Of a DNA stretch of 64,000 bases, positions 34,750-46,704 are shown in pieces. The stretch is from Rhodosorus marinus CCMP1338 (lineage: Eukaryota > Plantae > Rhodophyta). Location of the stretch: NCBI GenBank assembly GCA_029953675.1, contig JAMWBK010000011.1, positions 434,001-498,000 on the forward strand. Reading direction: 5' to 3'. Position 1 is the first letter of the stretch; every line of letters begins with the position of its first letter. The translations under genes were made by a program, and so were the position numbers. The notes under the pieces were generated by a model. That model did no database searches. It had not been told where the DNA came from and saw only the letters and a program-made list of their open reading frames with translations.

Positions 34750-35522
34750 GAGCTTTCTTTGACCCTGTGGTGCTCCAATTCTGCTTTGTTTGTGGACGCG
34801 CGTCATCCGCGTATTGTCTCTCGATTCTCAGGGTAGTTAGCCCCTGAATAAACGGGAAGTTCGAGGTCGGGAGGCGCCAATACGCAAGTATGACCGTCAA
34901 GAAGCGGGGGCTGAGACTCCCTCCCAAACCGCGCATGCGAGCCAAAACCGACGCCGAGGGGGAATGTGATGAACTCAGAAGGGCGGCCTACGAGTCCCAA
35001 TGTATGTCCCACGAAAGCGTTTTTCGGATTAAACGGATTCATGGTAGCTGCCGCAAAAAATAGGTCAGCCTCTGACACGCACGGAACCGGAAGATGAGCG
35101 GAGCGGTCTGGAGGTACCCTTCTGGGAGACTGCACAGCTCAGTCAGGAGCCCTTCGTGGTGAGTCAGTAGCGCGGAGAGGGTGCGTTCGACAAATATCGG
35201 GGTGCCCACGGGGAAGGACCCCGAACAGAATGAAGCTCCCAGACCGCCAAATGTCTCGAAACCTGGATGGAACCGCGTCCGCAGTGCAGGGAGACCCCCC
35301 CCAAAAAAAAATCGTACTTGGTATGGTTTATACGCACCCCACCAAGGAAACGACCTCGCCAAGAAAATCATTTGCCGGCACCAGATCGTCAGGGATGCCA
35401 AGGAGCGTCACATCGTCATGGAAGGCGACTACACGGACCCGCGGGAACTGATGTTTCAGCCGCTACAGCGCCAGTTGCAACTCACAGGCGCACGCAGAGG
35501 TACGGCCATAAGGGATCGCCCT

Positions 35523-36494
35523 GTTCCAGTTGATCCTCCTGATGATTCCCAGCGCGCTGGGAGCCGAGCTCAAGCACGCACGGATGCGCTGCAAAATATC
35601 TTTTCTTGGGACTTGCACCGTGCTGCATATGGCCGACTCCTCGCGCAGATGGTCTCATCTTCTCGCGCTCGCGCCCGCCTACTTAGTCTTGGAGGGGTTC
35701 TTAGCTCTCAGTGGCTCATGACCGTACCAGCCTTTCCGCCACTCACACTGTCGGATTTCGAAGTGCGTACTTCACTGCGCTTATACCTCGGCTTACATCA
35801 GCCCCCTTGGCCGTACGAGATGGGTTCGTCGTGCCCTCTCTGCTCTCAGACTGAAGACAACGCAGATTTTGGCGCCCACCTGCTCGCTAGTTGCTCGGCG
35901 GTGAAAGGTGCTCGAACCCGCCGCCACACACGGATCTTGAACCTGTTATACCGGGAACTTCGGCCTATAGTCCGGCAAGCCGGTCTGGAAATCGAACGTG
36001 AGAAACCTTTACCCGTCGCGGACTTTCAAAATGATGAACGCCGTGTAGCCGACCTGGTGATCACCTGTGACGACAGCCGCCGTACCACATACGTTGATCT
36101 TGCTGTTCCTAACCCTCAAGCTAGTCGTTCGTTACCTCCCGGCTGCGGGGGAGCGCCGTGGATCTGCCGCCACCAGCATGAGACGCCGCAAAGAGATCAA
36201 ATACGCGGGGGCTTTGTCTTCCCCTGGTGTTCGTGCTTCGGCATTAGCACATCGCTTGGTACCCCTGATCATTGAGTGCTTTGGGTTCATGGACTCTGTT
36301 GGTTCTCGCTGGCTTCGGGAGTTGTTCCGCGAACGCCCTGACCGTCTTCAATCGTTGTTTACCCGCTTAAGTTTCCTGCTGTGGCGCATGAATGCCGCTT
36401 TGATGTTGGAGGCGCGAGTACTTCGCCGCGCTTAGTCTTTTTTTCCCCTCGGGGTTTTTTTTTTCAGCCTCCGATTAAACCATTCGTTCGTTCG
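35523..36494 (+). mobile_element. Family A element, 5'-truncated, with a 4-bp frameshift at ~36127
   Basis: Near-identical to 17540-18427 and to the reverse complement of 23306-24290. Tail ttcgttcgttcg. Confidence 0.92.
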
Positions 36495-39400
36495 CTCCAT
36501 ACCCGTACGAGCCGCAAAGCTGTCGCTCTCGCCATACGGGTGACAAATCGGGGGCCGTTTGGCGCTTCACCATATACGCGACGTAAGAACTAGAAGCCTG
36601 CCGGGAGGAGCTAACGAACTAAGCGCGTGTGCTCGCGACACACTGTCCAAAAAACCCTTTCGTGGGACATACATCGGGACTCGTATGCCACCCTTCTGAG
36701 TTTACCTTCGTGCTCGGCGTCGACTTTGGCTCGCCTGCGCGGTTTGGGGGGGAGTCTCAGCTCCCGTTTCTTCACGGTCATGCCTTTAGATCCGTTTATT
36801 CAGAGGCTAACTACCCTGAGAAGCGAAAGACAAGACGTTGATGACGCGCGTCCACATACAAAGGAGAATTGGAGCGCCACAGGGTCAAAGAAAGCTCCGT
36901 GAGCAGACTATCTAAACGCCCTGGGTCGTTGCGAAACAGAGCTCGCAGCCAGCCAGAACCTACACTATCTATCAAGCCAAAGCACTCAATAATGAGGGGG
37001 ACGAACCGGTATGTCACCGCCGAATCGCGAAAGGTAGGGTTTGACATCGCTGCCGCGTACTGCGAATCTTTCACTTGCCGCATGGACCGAGCTGCAGCTT
37101 CTCGACGCCGAGCCGACGCAGGCAGCTACCTGGTCGCCTGAGGACAAGGGATGGAGAGGTCAATGTACTCACTGCGACGCGCATTGAGGTCAGTCACAAC
37201 GAGATCCGCCACCCGCTGTACCGTTGGGGCGTCACTCTCATCAGCAATTTCCGATGCAATCGCCAGAGGGACCTCATACTCCACTTCTCGGTCCGAACCG
37301 AGCGATTGCGAACGAAGATAGCGGAAAAACAAGCGGTTGAGCCGCGTATGGCGTCTGGTCCGGGCCCCTTGAACCTCCGCACAAGACGCCAACAGATGCG
37401 CACCATAATCACCCCACGGCACATTGGCCCCGCACAATGCGCATCTAGAATTCCGCTCAACAGGCCAACGGGGTTGCGGCAAGCCCAGGTAAAGTCGTAA
37501 GCTTACACGAAGGTCGAGATCGGTAAGCGCCAACCGCGGATACACAGGTATTACCGTGAAGAAACGGGAGTTGAGACTCCCTCCAAACCGCGCAGGCGAG
37601 CCCAAGTCGACGCCGAGCACGAAGGTAAACGGAACGGAGGTCCAGAACTGGAGGCCGCTGTTCAACAATGTACCGCCCTGCTGATCCGTTTACGCAGAGG
37701 CCAACTACCCTGAAAAGCGATAGACAAGACACTGATGACGCGCATCTACAAACAAAGCAGAATTGGAGCGAGCGCCACAGGGTCAAAGAAAGCTCCGTGA
37801 GCAGACTATCTAAACGCCCTGGGTCGTTGCGAAACAGAGCTCGCAGCGCTGCCGAGTGGTACCCAGGCTCTGTGCGATTCCTGCGCCTGGGCTGCAGTTC
37901 TTGACTCACTCGGTGGCCAGCGTTCGGGAGTCTCTGCTGCAGCACCGTGTGTTGGAAATGGTGTAGAAACTGCCCAGGATATTGACGCCGTGGCTGTGCC
38001 GTCGAGACCGCCAGAGGAGGGCGTTTCCCCGTCGGGTGCGGCCCCTTCGAGGACCGATGTAATCCAAAAGCCCCTTTCGTGGGACATACATCGGGACTCG
38101 TATGCCACCCTTCTGAGTTTACCTTCGTGCTCGGCGTCGATTTTGGCTCGCCAGCGCGGTTTGGGACCGTGAAGAAACTCCCGTTTCTTCACGGTCATAC
38201 CTCTTCGATCCGTTTATTCAGAGGCTAACTACCCTGAGACGCGAGAGACAAGACGATGATGACGCGCGTCCACAAACAACGCAGAATTGGAGCGCCACAG
38301 GGTCACAGAAAGCTCAAATCCGTTTATTCAGAGGCTAACTACCCTGAGAAGCGAGAGACAAGACGCTGATGACGCACGTCCACATACAAAGCAGAATTGG
38401 AGCGCCACAAGGTCAAAGAAAGCTCCGTGAGCAGACTATCTAAACGCCCTGGGTCGTTGCGAAACAGAGCTCGCAGTCAGCCAGAACCTACTCTATCTAT
38501 CAAGCCAAAGCACTTAATGAGGAGGGGGACGAATCGGTATGTCACCGCCGAATCGCGAAAGGTAGGGTTTGACATCGCTGCCGCGTACTGCGAATCTTTC
38601 ACTTGCCGCATGGACCGAGCTGCAGCTTCTCGACGCCGAGCCGACGCAGGCAGCTACCTGGTCGCCTGAGGACAAGGGATGGAGAGGTCAATGTACTCAC
38701 TACGACGCGCATTGAGGTCAGTCACAACGAGATCCGCCACCCGCTGTACCGCTGGGGCGTCACTCTCATCAGCAATTTCCGATGCCACCGCCAGAGGGAC
38801 CTCATACTCCACTTCTCGGTCCGTACCGAGCGATTGAGAACGAAGGTAGCGGAAAAGCAAGCGGTTGAGCCGCGTATGGCGTCTGGTCCGGGCCCCTTGA
38901 ACCTCCGCACAAGACGCCAACAGATGCGCACCATAATCACCCCACGGCACATTGGCCCCGCACAATGCGCATCCAATTCTGCTTTGTTTGTGGACGCGCG
39001 TCATCAGCATCTTGTCTCTCGCTTCTCAGGGTAGTTAGCCTCTGAATAAACGGATCATCTAGAATCCCGCTCAACAGGCCAAGGGGGTTGCGGCAAGCCC
39101 AGGTAAAGTCGTAAGCTTACACGAAGTTCGAGATCGGCAAGCGCCAACCGCGGATACGCAGGTATGACCGTGAAGAAACGGAAGGTTAGACTCAACCCTA
39201 AACGGCGCAGGCGATGCCAAAGTCGACGCCGAGCACGAAGGTAAAGAGAAGAGGGGTTCTTTCACGGAAGGGTTACGTTAGTCCAGTCTGGGTATGCACA
39301 CGCTAACTACCCTGAGAAGCGAGAGACAAGACGCCGATGACGCGCGTCCACAAACAAAGCAGAATTGGAGCGCCACAGGGTCAAAGAAAGCTCCGTGAGC

Positions 39401-41021
39401 AGACTATCTAAACGCCCTGGCTCGTTGCGAAACACTGCTCGCAGCCAGCGAGAACCTACACTATCTATCAAGCCAAAGCACTCAATAATGATGGGGACGA
39501 ACCGGTATGTCACCGCCGAATCGCGAAAGGTAGGGTTTGACATCGCTGCCGCGTACTGCGAATCTTTCACTTGCCGCATGGACCGAGCTGGAGCTCCTCG
39601 ACGCCGAGCCGACGCGGGCAACAGGGCGATCCCTTAGGGCCGTTCCTGCACGCTGTGGATTGCAACTGGTGCTGTTGCGGCTGAAACATCAGTTCCCGCG
39701 GGTCCGTGCGGTCGCCTTCCATGACGATGTGACGCTTCTTGGCACTCCCGACGATCTGGTGGCGGCCTACGATTTTCTCGGCGAGGTGGCTTCCTTGGTG
39801 GGGCTGCGTATCAACCATGCCAAGTACGCTTTCTGGGGGGGGTCTCACTGCACCGCGGACGCGGTTCCATCCAGGTTCCGAGATATTTGGCGAGCTGAGG
39901 GCTTCCTTCTGTTCGGTGTCCCCGTAGGCACCCCGATATTTGTTGACCGCAGCCTCTCCGCGCTCCTGAGTCATCATGATGAGCTCCTGACTGAGCTGTG
40001 CAGTCTCCCAGAAGGGTACCTCTAGACCGCTCTGCTCATCTTCCGGTTCAGCGGCTGACCTATTTTTTGCGGCAGCTACCCTTCGAGTGAGGGTCTTGGC
40101 TGGCGCTCCGCGCAGACCGACGAGCGAGGGACGTGCTAGGCACGCTGATGGATGCTTTTCAGGGTAGTTAGCCTTTGAATAAACGGATCGGATGGATGCT
40201 GAGCTATCTGTTTTGGGGGATTCAGAAAAGGAGGTCCTTCACCGGCAGATCGCGTTGCCCGTGCGGTTGGGTGGGCTGGCTGTGGGATCTTACGCGGCGA
40301 TCCAGCCGGCGGCTGCGGTGAGTTCGTGGGCCAATGCGCTTAATACATGGTCTACGGGGTGTGATCCGCATGTGAGTGGTTTTTTGAGTGGGCTTCGGGT
40401 TGGGCGGCTGGACGGGACTCTCGCCCCACGGCTCTGGGTTTTTTTTTCGGAACTGGAGGCCGCTTTTCAACAATGTACCGCCCTGCCGAGTGGTACCCAG
40501 GCTCGTTGCGATTCCCGGGCGGCAATTCTTGACTCACTCGGTGGCCAGCGTTCGGAAGTCTCTGCTGCAGCACCGTGTGTTGGAAATGGTGCACAAACTG
40601 CCGAGGATATTAACGCCGTGCCTGTGCCGTCGAGACCGCCAGAGGAGGGCGTTTCCCCGTCGGGTGCGGCCCCTTCGAGGACCGATGTAATCCAAAAAAC
40701 CCTTTCGTGGGACATACATCGGGACTCGTATGCCATCCTTCTGAGTTTACCTTCGTGCTCGGCGTCGATTTTGGCTCGCCTGCGCGGTTTTCGGGGAGTC
40801 TCAGCTCCCGTTTCTTCACGGTAATACCTGCGTATCCGCGGTTGGCCCTTATCGATCTCGAACTTCGTGTAAGCTTACGACTTTACCTGGGCTTGCCGCA
40901 ACCCCCTTGGCCTGTTGAGCGGGATTCTAGATGCGCATTGTGGGGGCCAATGTGCCGTGGGGTGATTATGGTGCGCATCTGTTGGCGTCTTGTGCGGAGG
41001 TTCAAGGGGCCCCGACCAGAC

Positions 41022-41407
41022 AAGGACTAGTTGGTCTCCAAATGGAGGCAGTTTACGTCTTCGAAACCAAGGAGTTCCATTTCACACTCACCGTTGAGGA
41101 GTCAAAGTTCTTCGCTGCAGCTCTAAAGGAGATCGACAATACGCTGACGTGGGTCATCTCAGAAGTTGACAACCTCGGGGCCGATCTGGGTACAGTTATT
41201 GGAACCGCCATTGCCGGGCTGGAGGACGCCGGTTCATTCATCGAGAACGCCATTGACACGAGCGCTAGTGCGATTGAAGCGGCAGAAGCCACCCTTGCGA
41301 AAGACATTTCAAACGCGATTGACGATGCCGTCGATACTACGGTGAACGCCGTCGTTTCGGGTTCAAAGACCGTGTACAAAAGCCTGAAAAATTTCAACGG
41401 TTGGTAG
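41022..41407 (+). pseudogene. 3' remnant (386 bp) of a paralog of the 43514-45253 gene
   Basis: Colinear with 44868-45253 apart from about 4 substitutions. It abuts a family B fragment at 41021. Confidence 0.9.
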
Positions 41408-43513
41408 ACTCCCGTACCCCAGACTAACGTAAACCCCGCTCGAAAAAAATTGTTGATGGAAACTTGGCGTATCCGTGGCATGCCCTGTACTCCTAGTGGA
41501 ATGAATAAAAACCAGTCAAAATAGACGTATTCGCGAACATGTGAAGACTATGCCCAATGGACACTTAAGCTATGGTACCAAGAGCGCTCTCCCAAACTAG
41601 CCTGTGCTGAGAAGACCGAAATCCGGTTAATATTAGGGCTTACCCGGAACTGTAGCTCGAAAATCCCTCCACCGTCATCCCAATACACTGGAAACCTCCT
41701 CAAAAACAACAATAAAAGAAACTCCCCCTCACGTCGTTTTCATCAACACCTCCCACGTTTTCCATTGAAGAACTTTCCAACCCCGTTGAGATCCAACCTG
41801 AATTGTTAAAAATGCATTGAAAAAGTTGCTCTTTTACTTCTTTCATTACGAGCCTCCAAAGGCGGATTCCTAGTAACAACCCCAGTGCGATTGACCGCCC
41901 CACTTTCTGACAAAGAAAAACCCCCTCGCGCAACACGAAACAGGAACAGTCAATCCCTTGAAAGATGTGAATCAAAACGGACAAATATAGCTACAAGTGC
42001 GCGGCCAACTAACCTCTCGGTTCTCCACATGTATATACTGCCTGCAGAAAATAATCTAGGCCATCCTCACCTCAGCCAACCCGCACACTGCCTCTCCTCT
42101 TAAGCCACCTCTCATTTCTCCGATCGAGTAGTAAACGTCCATCTCGAAACACTAAATATGGAAGCCAATCTAAAAACAAAACAAAACAAGGGTTTTCGTA
42201 CATCCCCGCATCCTGAAAAATAAATAATAACTCTGTGTCCGCTGCGATATCCTAGTTGTATTCAAATTATATAAATATTTCGGGGGTATTAGTATTAAAG
42301 CAATTTTCTAGATTTATCAGGAATGGATTGAAGCGGATTAATTTTTATTTTTAGAAAAGAAAAATCGATAAAGGGGGTCAAACTGTCGAGGTGGATTGGG
42401 TTTGACAAGCCAGGTTCTTAGCTGATCGGGAAGGTGCATCTTCTTAGTAAAAGGACGGCCTAATGGAGCCCATCACGAGTTAATTGAATATATCGGTGAG
42501 AAAAGGAACCTTAGTCTAGATGAGAAGGAGGAAATACGGAGGCATTGTGAGAAAACGGCGGAATGGTGGCATGAGGATGAATCAGTGTTAACTTTCTACT
42601 CGCTTACAAGAGTAGAATTTGTTTTGCTGTGCGTCCCTACGCCATCCGTTCGTCCGATAGAATTAATTGAATATTATGAGCGTAACCCGAGGATGGATCG
42701 GCTGATCGCCCCCACCCAACTCCTTCCTCTTCCACTGTGGGTGCCACATCTCCGGTCGCGGCTTGCTTTGCTTCGAAAGCAAGAAGGGTCTACTATAAAA
42801 TACAGAACGGGTACTTGTGCTGATTCCCGGGATGCCTGGGGAGCGAATTTGAACTATGACGGAAAACAGAGGATTGGGTTCTGCCGGTCGCCTCTTCCCT
42901 ACTGTGTCTGCCTTATCTCCCATCTATCGTATCTATCGTATTTCCGAAAACTAGCTCAGCTTAGCTTCCAAAATGTTGCTCAGGGCGATACGGGAAATGC
43001 CTGATTGCTTTCCGCAGGCGATAAACAACCTCGCTGTTGAAACTTTGGTTCTCGTGGAGAAGCAAATTTTAAAAGCGACATAGGAAACCTCTGGAAAAGA
43101 CGTTATCTTGTACTACTGAATTAGAAATTTTTTCACTAATTTTTTGCGTTGAGGTTTGGTAAGCGATCCCGCTAAAACACTGGACTTAGACTCTGCTCCC
43201 AAGCCCCTGAGTCCCATTTTGAGCCTGACACAAAACCCACTGCACGTGTGAAGTCCGGACAGTTGTTTTAGCAGCTGTCACATGCATCCACCCACAGTGA
43301 TTCACCGCTCACGTAACTGTCGCAATATCAACGGTCTTCGTCACAAGTGGAATGAAAGCTGCTGTTATCCAACCTTTGGTAACCCCAGTATATATATAGA
43401 GACCGTCGTTGGTCCTGGTGGTGAGTTCAAAGTAGTAGAGGATGCACAGAAGAGTCTGAGAGACTTTGACACATACGGCGACGAAACTGAAGTAGCAGAT
43501 AAGAAATCGAAAG

Positions 43514-45253
43514 ATGGGGGCCGCCTGGATTATGACCATGATACTGGTATGCGGCTTGGGGGTTGTTTTTACAGCCCCATTGGCCCATATGAACTTCAAC
43601 GATCAGAACGGCTCTGCAAGAGGCTCGTCCTGCACGCCGAAGGGAGTCTTTTCGGATGGTGGCTCTGCAGATTTGGGCTGCCTCACTCTGGAGAAAGGGT
43701 TGCAAGTTGGTGCAGATGCAGCCTTGAAACTGCTCCTGGACGTCGTAGATGACGACACACTGAAAGTATACCTAGCTACATATCTGGAATCTCAAGTCTC
43801 CATGATAGATTCAGTCTTGAGCTCCGCATGGGATCCCGCTGCCGAGTCTGCAGTGTGTGTCGGGAACTTCTCCGGAGCTGATATTATCGCCGCGGAGGTC
43901 AATGGACTCGATTATTCTGATTGTACCGACATTCCCTTGCGCGGTGGGGATTACTCGGTGATCGCTTTCAGTCTACCAGTGGTTCCAGAGTTGTGCCCCT
44001 CGTCAGACTGGGGAGATTACCTCAAGTTTTGCCTCGTGTTCAGCACTTGCGACTCCGAACCCACTTTCGCAGTCACCGCGAATAATAATATGCTCTCTTG
44101 TACGGTAGGAAATCCTGGAGCAGATGAAGCATCCGAGGGCTTCGGGTTGGTGATGGGTGAGGGTCTAACGTTGACACTCGAAAGTATTGGAGCGGGGATG
44201 TCATTCACGAGCGAGTTCCAGAGCTTTAACATGGTGTACACCGACCTTTACGACACACAAGGTCTCACCGAGATAGAAATGAACTCGATTTACTTCGACT
44301 ATGTGCAGTTTGGCTTCGATCTGGAGAAGCTTCACCTGCCGAACGGCATCTCCCTTGATGCGACTATTGAAAGGCACGTTGATATCACTGAATCTAACAA
44401 GTCCATAGGCCAAACATTCGACGCAATCGCTAGCTCGGACGGCGATAACGATCTGCTTGAATCCGTTGAGTTCAAGATCCTAATGACGGGATCGCTCGAT
44501 GTGACATTGTCGCTCGGGGATCTCACCTTCGGTGCCTTGCCAAACATTGACCCATTTAGCCTAGCATCCTTCACGGGCTTTTCCAGTACAGCAGACTTCG
44601 AAAGCGTTTGGGGAGACAATATTCTGGCAGGAACGTACATCCTAGCAACACAGGGCGACGCTCTAGTTGAAGTGGCCACCCATGTGGCGACAGCGCTTCT
44701 CACGGGTGTTGACGGAGCGCTTTCCAAACTAGGATGGTACGCTGATTTCGGCTACGAGAACCTTGAGAGCATTCTCAATGAATTCGAAAAGAGCGCTGTG
44801 GACAACTACGACTTTGCTTTCCTCGTTAACACAGACAAGCTGCGTATAATGGCCGCTGTCGGACTGGAAGGACTAGTTGGTCTCCAAATGGAGGCAGTTT
44901 ACGTCTTCGAAACCAAGGAGTTCCATTTCACACTCACCGTTGAGGAGTCAAAGTTCTTCGCTGCAGCTCTAAAGGAGATCGACAATACGCTGACGTGGGT
45001 CATCTCAGAAGTTGACAACCTCGGGGCCGATCTGGGTACAGTTATTGGAACCGCCACTGCCGGGCTGGAGGACGCCGGTTCATTCATCGAGAACGCCATT
45101 GACACGAGCGCTAGTGCGATTGAAGCGGCAGAAGCCACCCTTGCGAAAGACATTTCAAACGCGATTGACGATGCCGTCGATACCACGGTGAACGCCGTCG
45201 TTTCGGGTTCAAAGACCGTGTACAAAAGCCTGAAAAATTTCCTCGGTTGGTAG
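43514..45253 (+). CDS. Unknown secreted acidic protein, 579 aa, single exon
   Basis: Long uninterrupted ORF with a signal-peptide-like N-terminus (MGAAWIMTMILVCGLGVVFTA-PL) and a Cys-containing N-terminal half. No family recognised. Confidence 0.85.
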   Translation: MGAAWIMTMILVCGLGVVFTAPLAHMNFNDQNGSARGSSCTPKGVFSDGGSADLGCLTLEKGLQVGADAALKLLLDVVDDDTLKVYLATYLESQVSMIDSVLSSAWDPAAESAVCVGNFSGADIIAAEVNGLDYSDCTDIPLRGGDYSVIAFSLPVVPELCPSSDWGDYLKFCLVFSTCDSEPTFAVTANNNMLSCTVGNPGADEASEGFGLVMGEGLTLTLESIGAGMSFTSEFQSFNMVYTDLYDTQGLTEIEMNSIYFDYVQFGFDLEKLHLPNGISLDATIERHVDITESNKSIGQTFDAIASSDGDNDLLESVEFKILMTGSLDVTLSLGDLTFGALPNIDPFSLASFTGFSSTADFESVWGDNILAGTYILATQGDALVEVATHVATALLTGVDGALSKLGWYADFGYENLESILNEFEKSAVDNYDFAFLVNTDKLRIMAAVGLEGLVGLQMEAVYVFETKEFHFTLTVEESKFFAAALKEIDNTLTWVISEVDNLGADLGTVIGTATAGLEDAGSFIENAIDTSASAIEAAEATLAKDISNAIDDAVDTTVNAVVSGSKTVYKSLKNFLGW

Positions 45254-45641
45254 ACACCCGCTCCCAGTCGAACTAGGACGGTCTAAAACACACTATCAGT
45301 AGAATAAAGTCGCTAACTCCATGCGCGTACACAAAGACTCCTAAGTTCACTCCTTCGGTCTTCTGTCGTCACACTCAACTACCCTGACTACCTGTCTGCG
45401 GGGGAGTGTATGAAGATCGTTCTAGCCGACAACGGGCGGCCGTGTCGGCTAGTGTCACAGTATCTCCCTCATTGGCACCATCGCCAACACTCAACTATCC
45501 CGGTCGTTTGAGACCGACCTCTTGGACCTTTTGCTCTGGGTACTAAGCATATCTTGAGCTTCAGTTCAACTAGTTGTTAAGCCCGTAGTATGTCTACTAG
45601 TTGTACGAAGCGGGGACTTGTCCTGAGCCTTGAAGTTGTGG

Positions 45642-46704
45642 ATGACGAGGAACGATCGTCTAAGAGGACTTTGGAGTCCTTGGCCTGCGTTTCTGGTACC
45701 GACTGCTAGGTGCGTTTGAGTAGGAGCAGTTGGGAGCGATGTACACCGGGTAGTATTCTTGGGACTGGATCCTCTCGATATATTTTTTTTCTGATGGGAA
45801 GGGCCTTGACGGAGACGAAGGGGGAGCTCTCGTCCTGGCTTTTGTCTCGGCGCGCGCATTTGACGGTGAGGCTTGTCCTGAGTGCATGCTTGTTGGCCAC
45901 GTTCGTGTTCATTTGTGCAAGAGGAGGGATGCTTCTGGAGTACTTTTCGTACCACCAGTACATCCTGATCGTGTTTACGATTCCGATGGTTACGGCCGTC
46001 CACGCAATGCGGGAGAACAGGGCAGAGCTCTACGCTTCTGCGTCCGTTTTGATACACGTGGGCGGAGCGACAGCGATCCTCTGCAACATCGCGTTCTGGA
46101 CCGATCCAAACCGAAAACGGGACTTTGACAACTTCATCGTCCACGGAGCAAACATGGTCATCATCACCATCGAGATTTTACTCAATCGCCTTCACCCCCG
46201 AACCTCCTACGCCAGCTTCGGCATCCTATCCCTGCTCCTCTACGTGTTGATCATCTTGTTCCCCATGTACGCCACTCGAAGCCGGTGGATCTACTCCCAA
46301 ATAGATCCAAAGTATTCCTCATGGGTTGCGATTGTCGTCTTCTACCTGTGCGTTCCCCTTGGGTAAGCTCACTGGTCCCACCGCTAGCACTGGCATTATC
46401 TCAGTTCTCTAACCCGAAAAGTTTAACATAATGAAACCTTCATCTGGGCACCACAACTAGGTTTCTCTTAAGCCATCTGATCGTCGTCTTCGGCATGAGA
46501 CAAAGACTGAAGCTCATCGAAAGGAATCCTACTTCGGCCACGACAGATCCAGAAGAGGAACTTGGAGAGGTTTCCGAGTACGAGGCAGCTCCCGATTCGA
46601 CCGGACGATCGCCAATGGAACCAAACTCAATCCCAACAGCGCATGCCATCTTTGGTTTGGCCTGTGCACTATTCTATTGTATATGCAATTTGTTCCTTCA
46701 TTGA
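45642..46704 (+). CDS. Multi-pass membrane protein, FAR-17a/AIG1 (rolling stone)-like; start uncertain
   Basis: Several TM segments, HGANMVIITIEILLN and RWIYSQIDP. Intron 46363-46460 continues the frame into FLLSHLIVVFG. Confidence 0.62.

Larger units (their letters stand above)
31380..41021. mobile_element. Dense nested cluster of family B (and one family A) RLE retrotransposon fragments in both orientations
   Basis: About a dozen B termini (ggtagttagcctctgaataaacggatc or its reverse complement). Repeated CALCGANVPWGDYGAHLLASC and QRVADLVVTDLNARRSEYIDLSIPCP. RT fragments QGDPLGPFLHACG and AFHDDV at ~35180-35520 (-) and ~39640-40110 (+). Confidence 0.92.

Noticed and set aside
36495-36645. 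Possible captured ncRNA or HDV-like ribozyme (acccgta/tacgggt stem)
   Set aside because: The P3/L3 pairing could not be built. The minus strand reads as protein (FLRRVYGEAPNGPRFVTRM), so it is more likely an element ORF fragment.
41420-43500. ORFs at 41700-43004
   Set aside because: No motif and AT-rich intergenic character.
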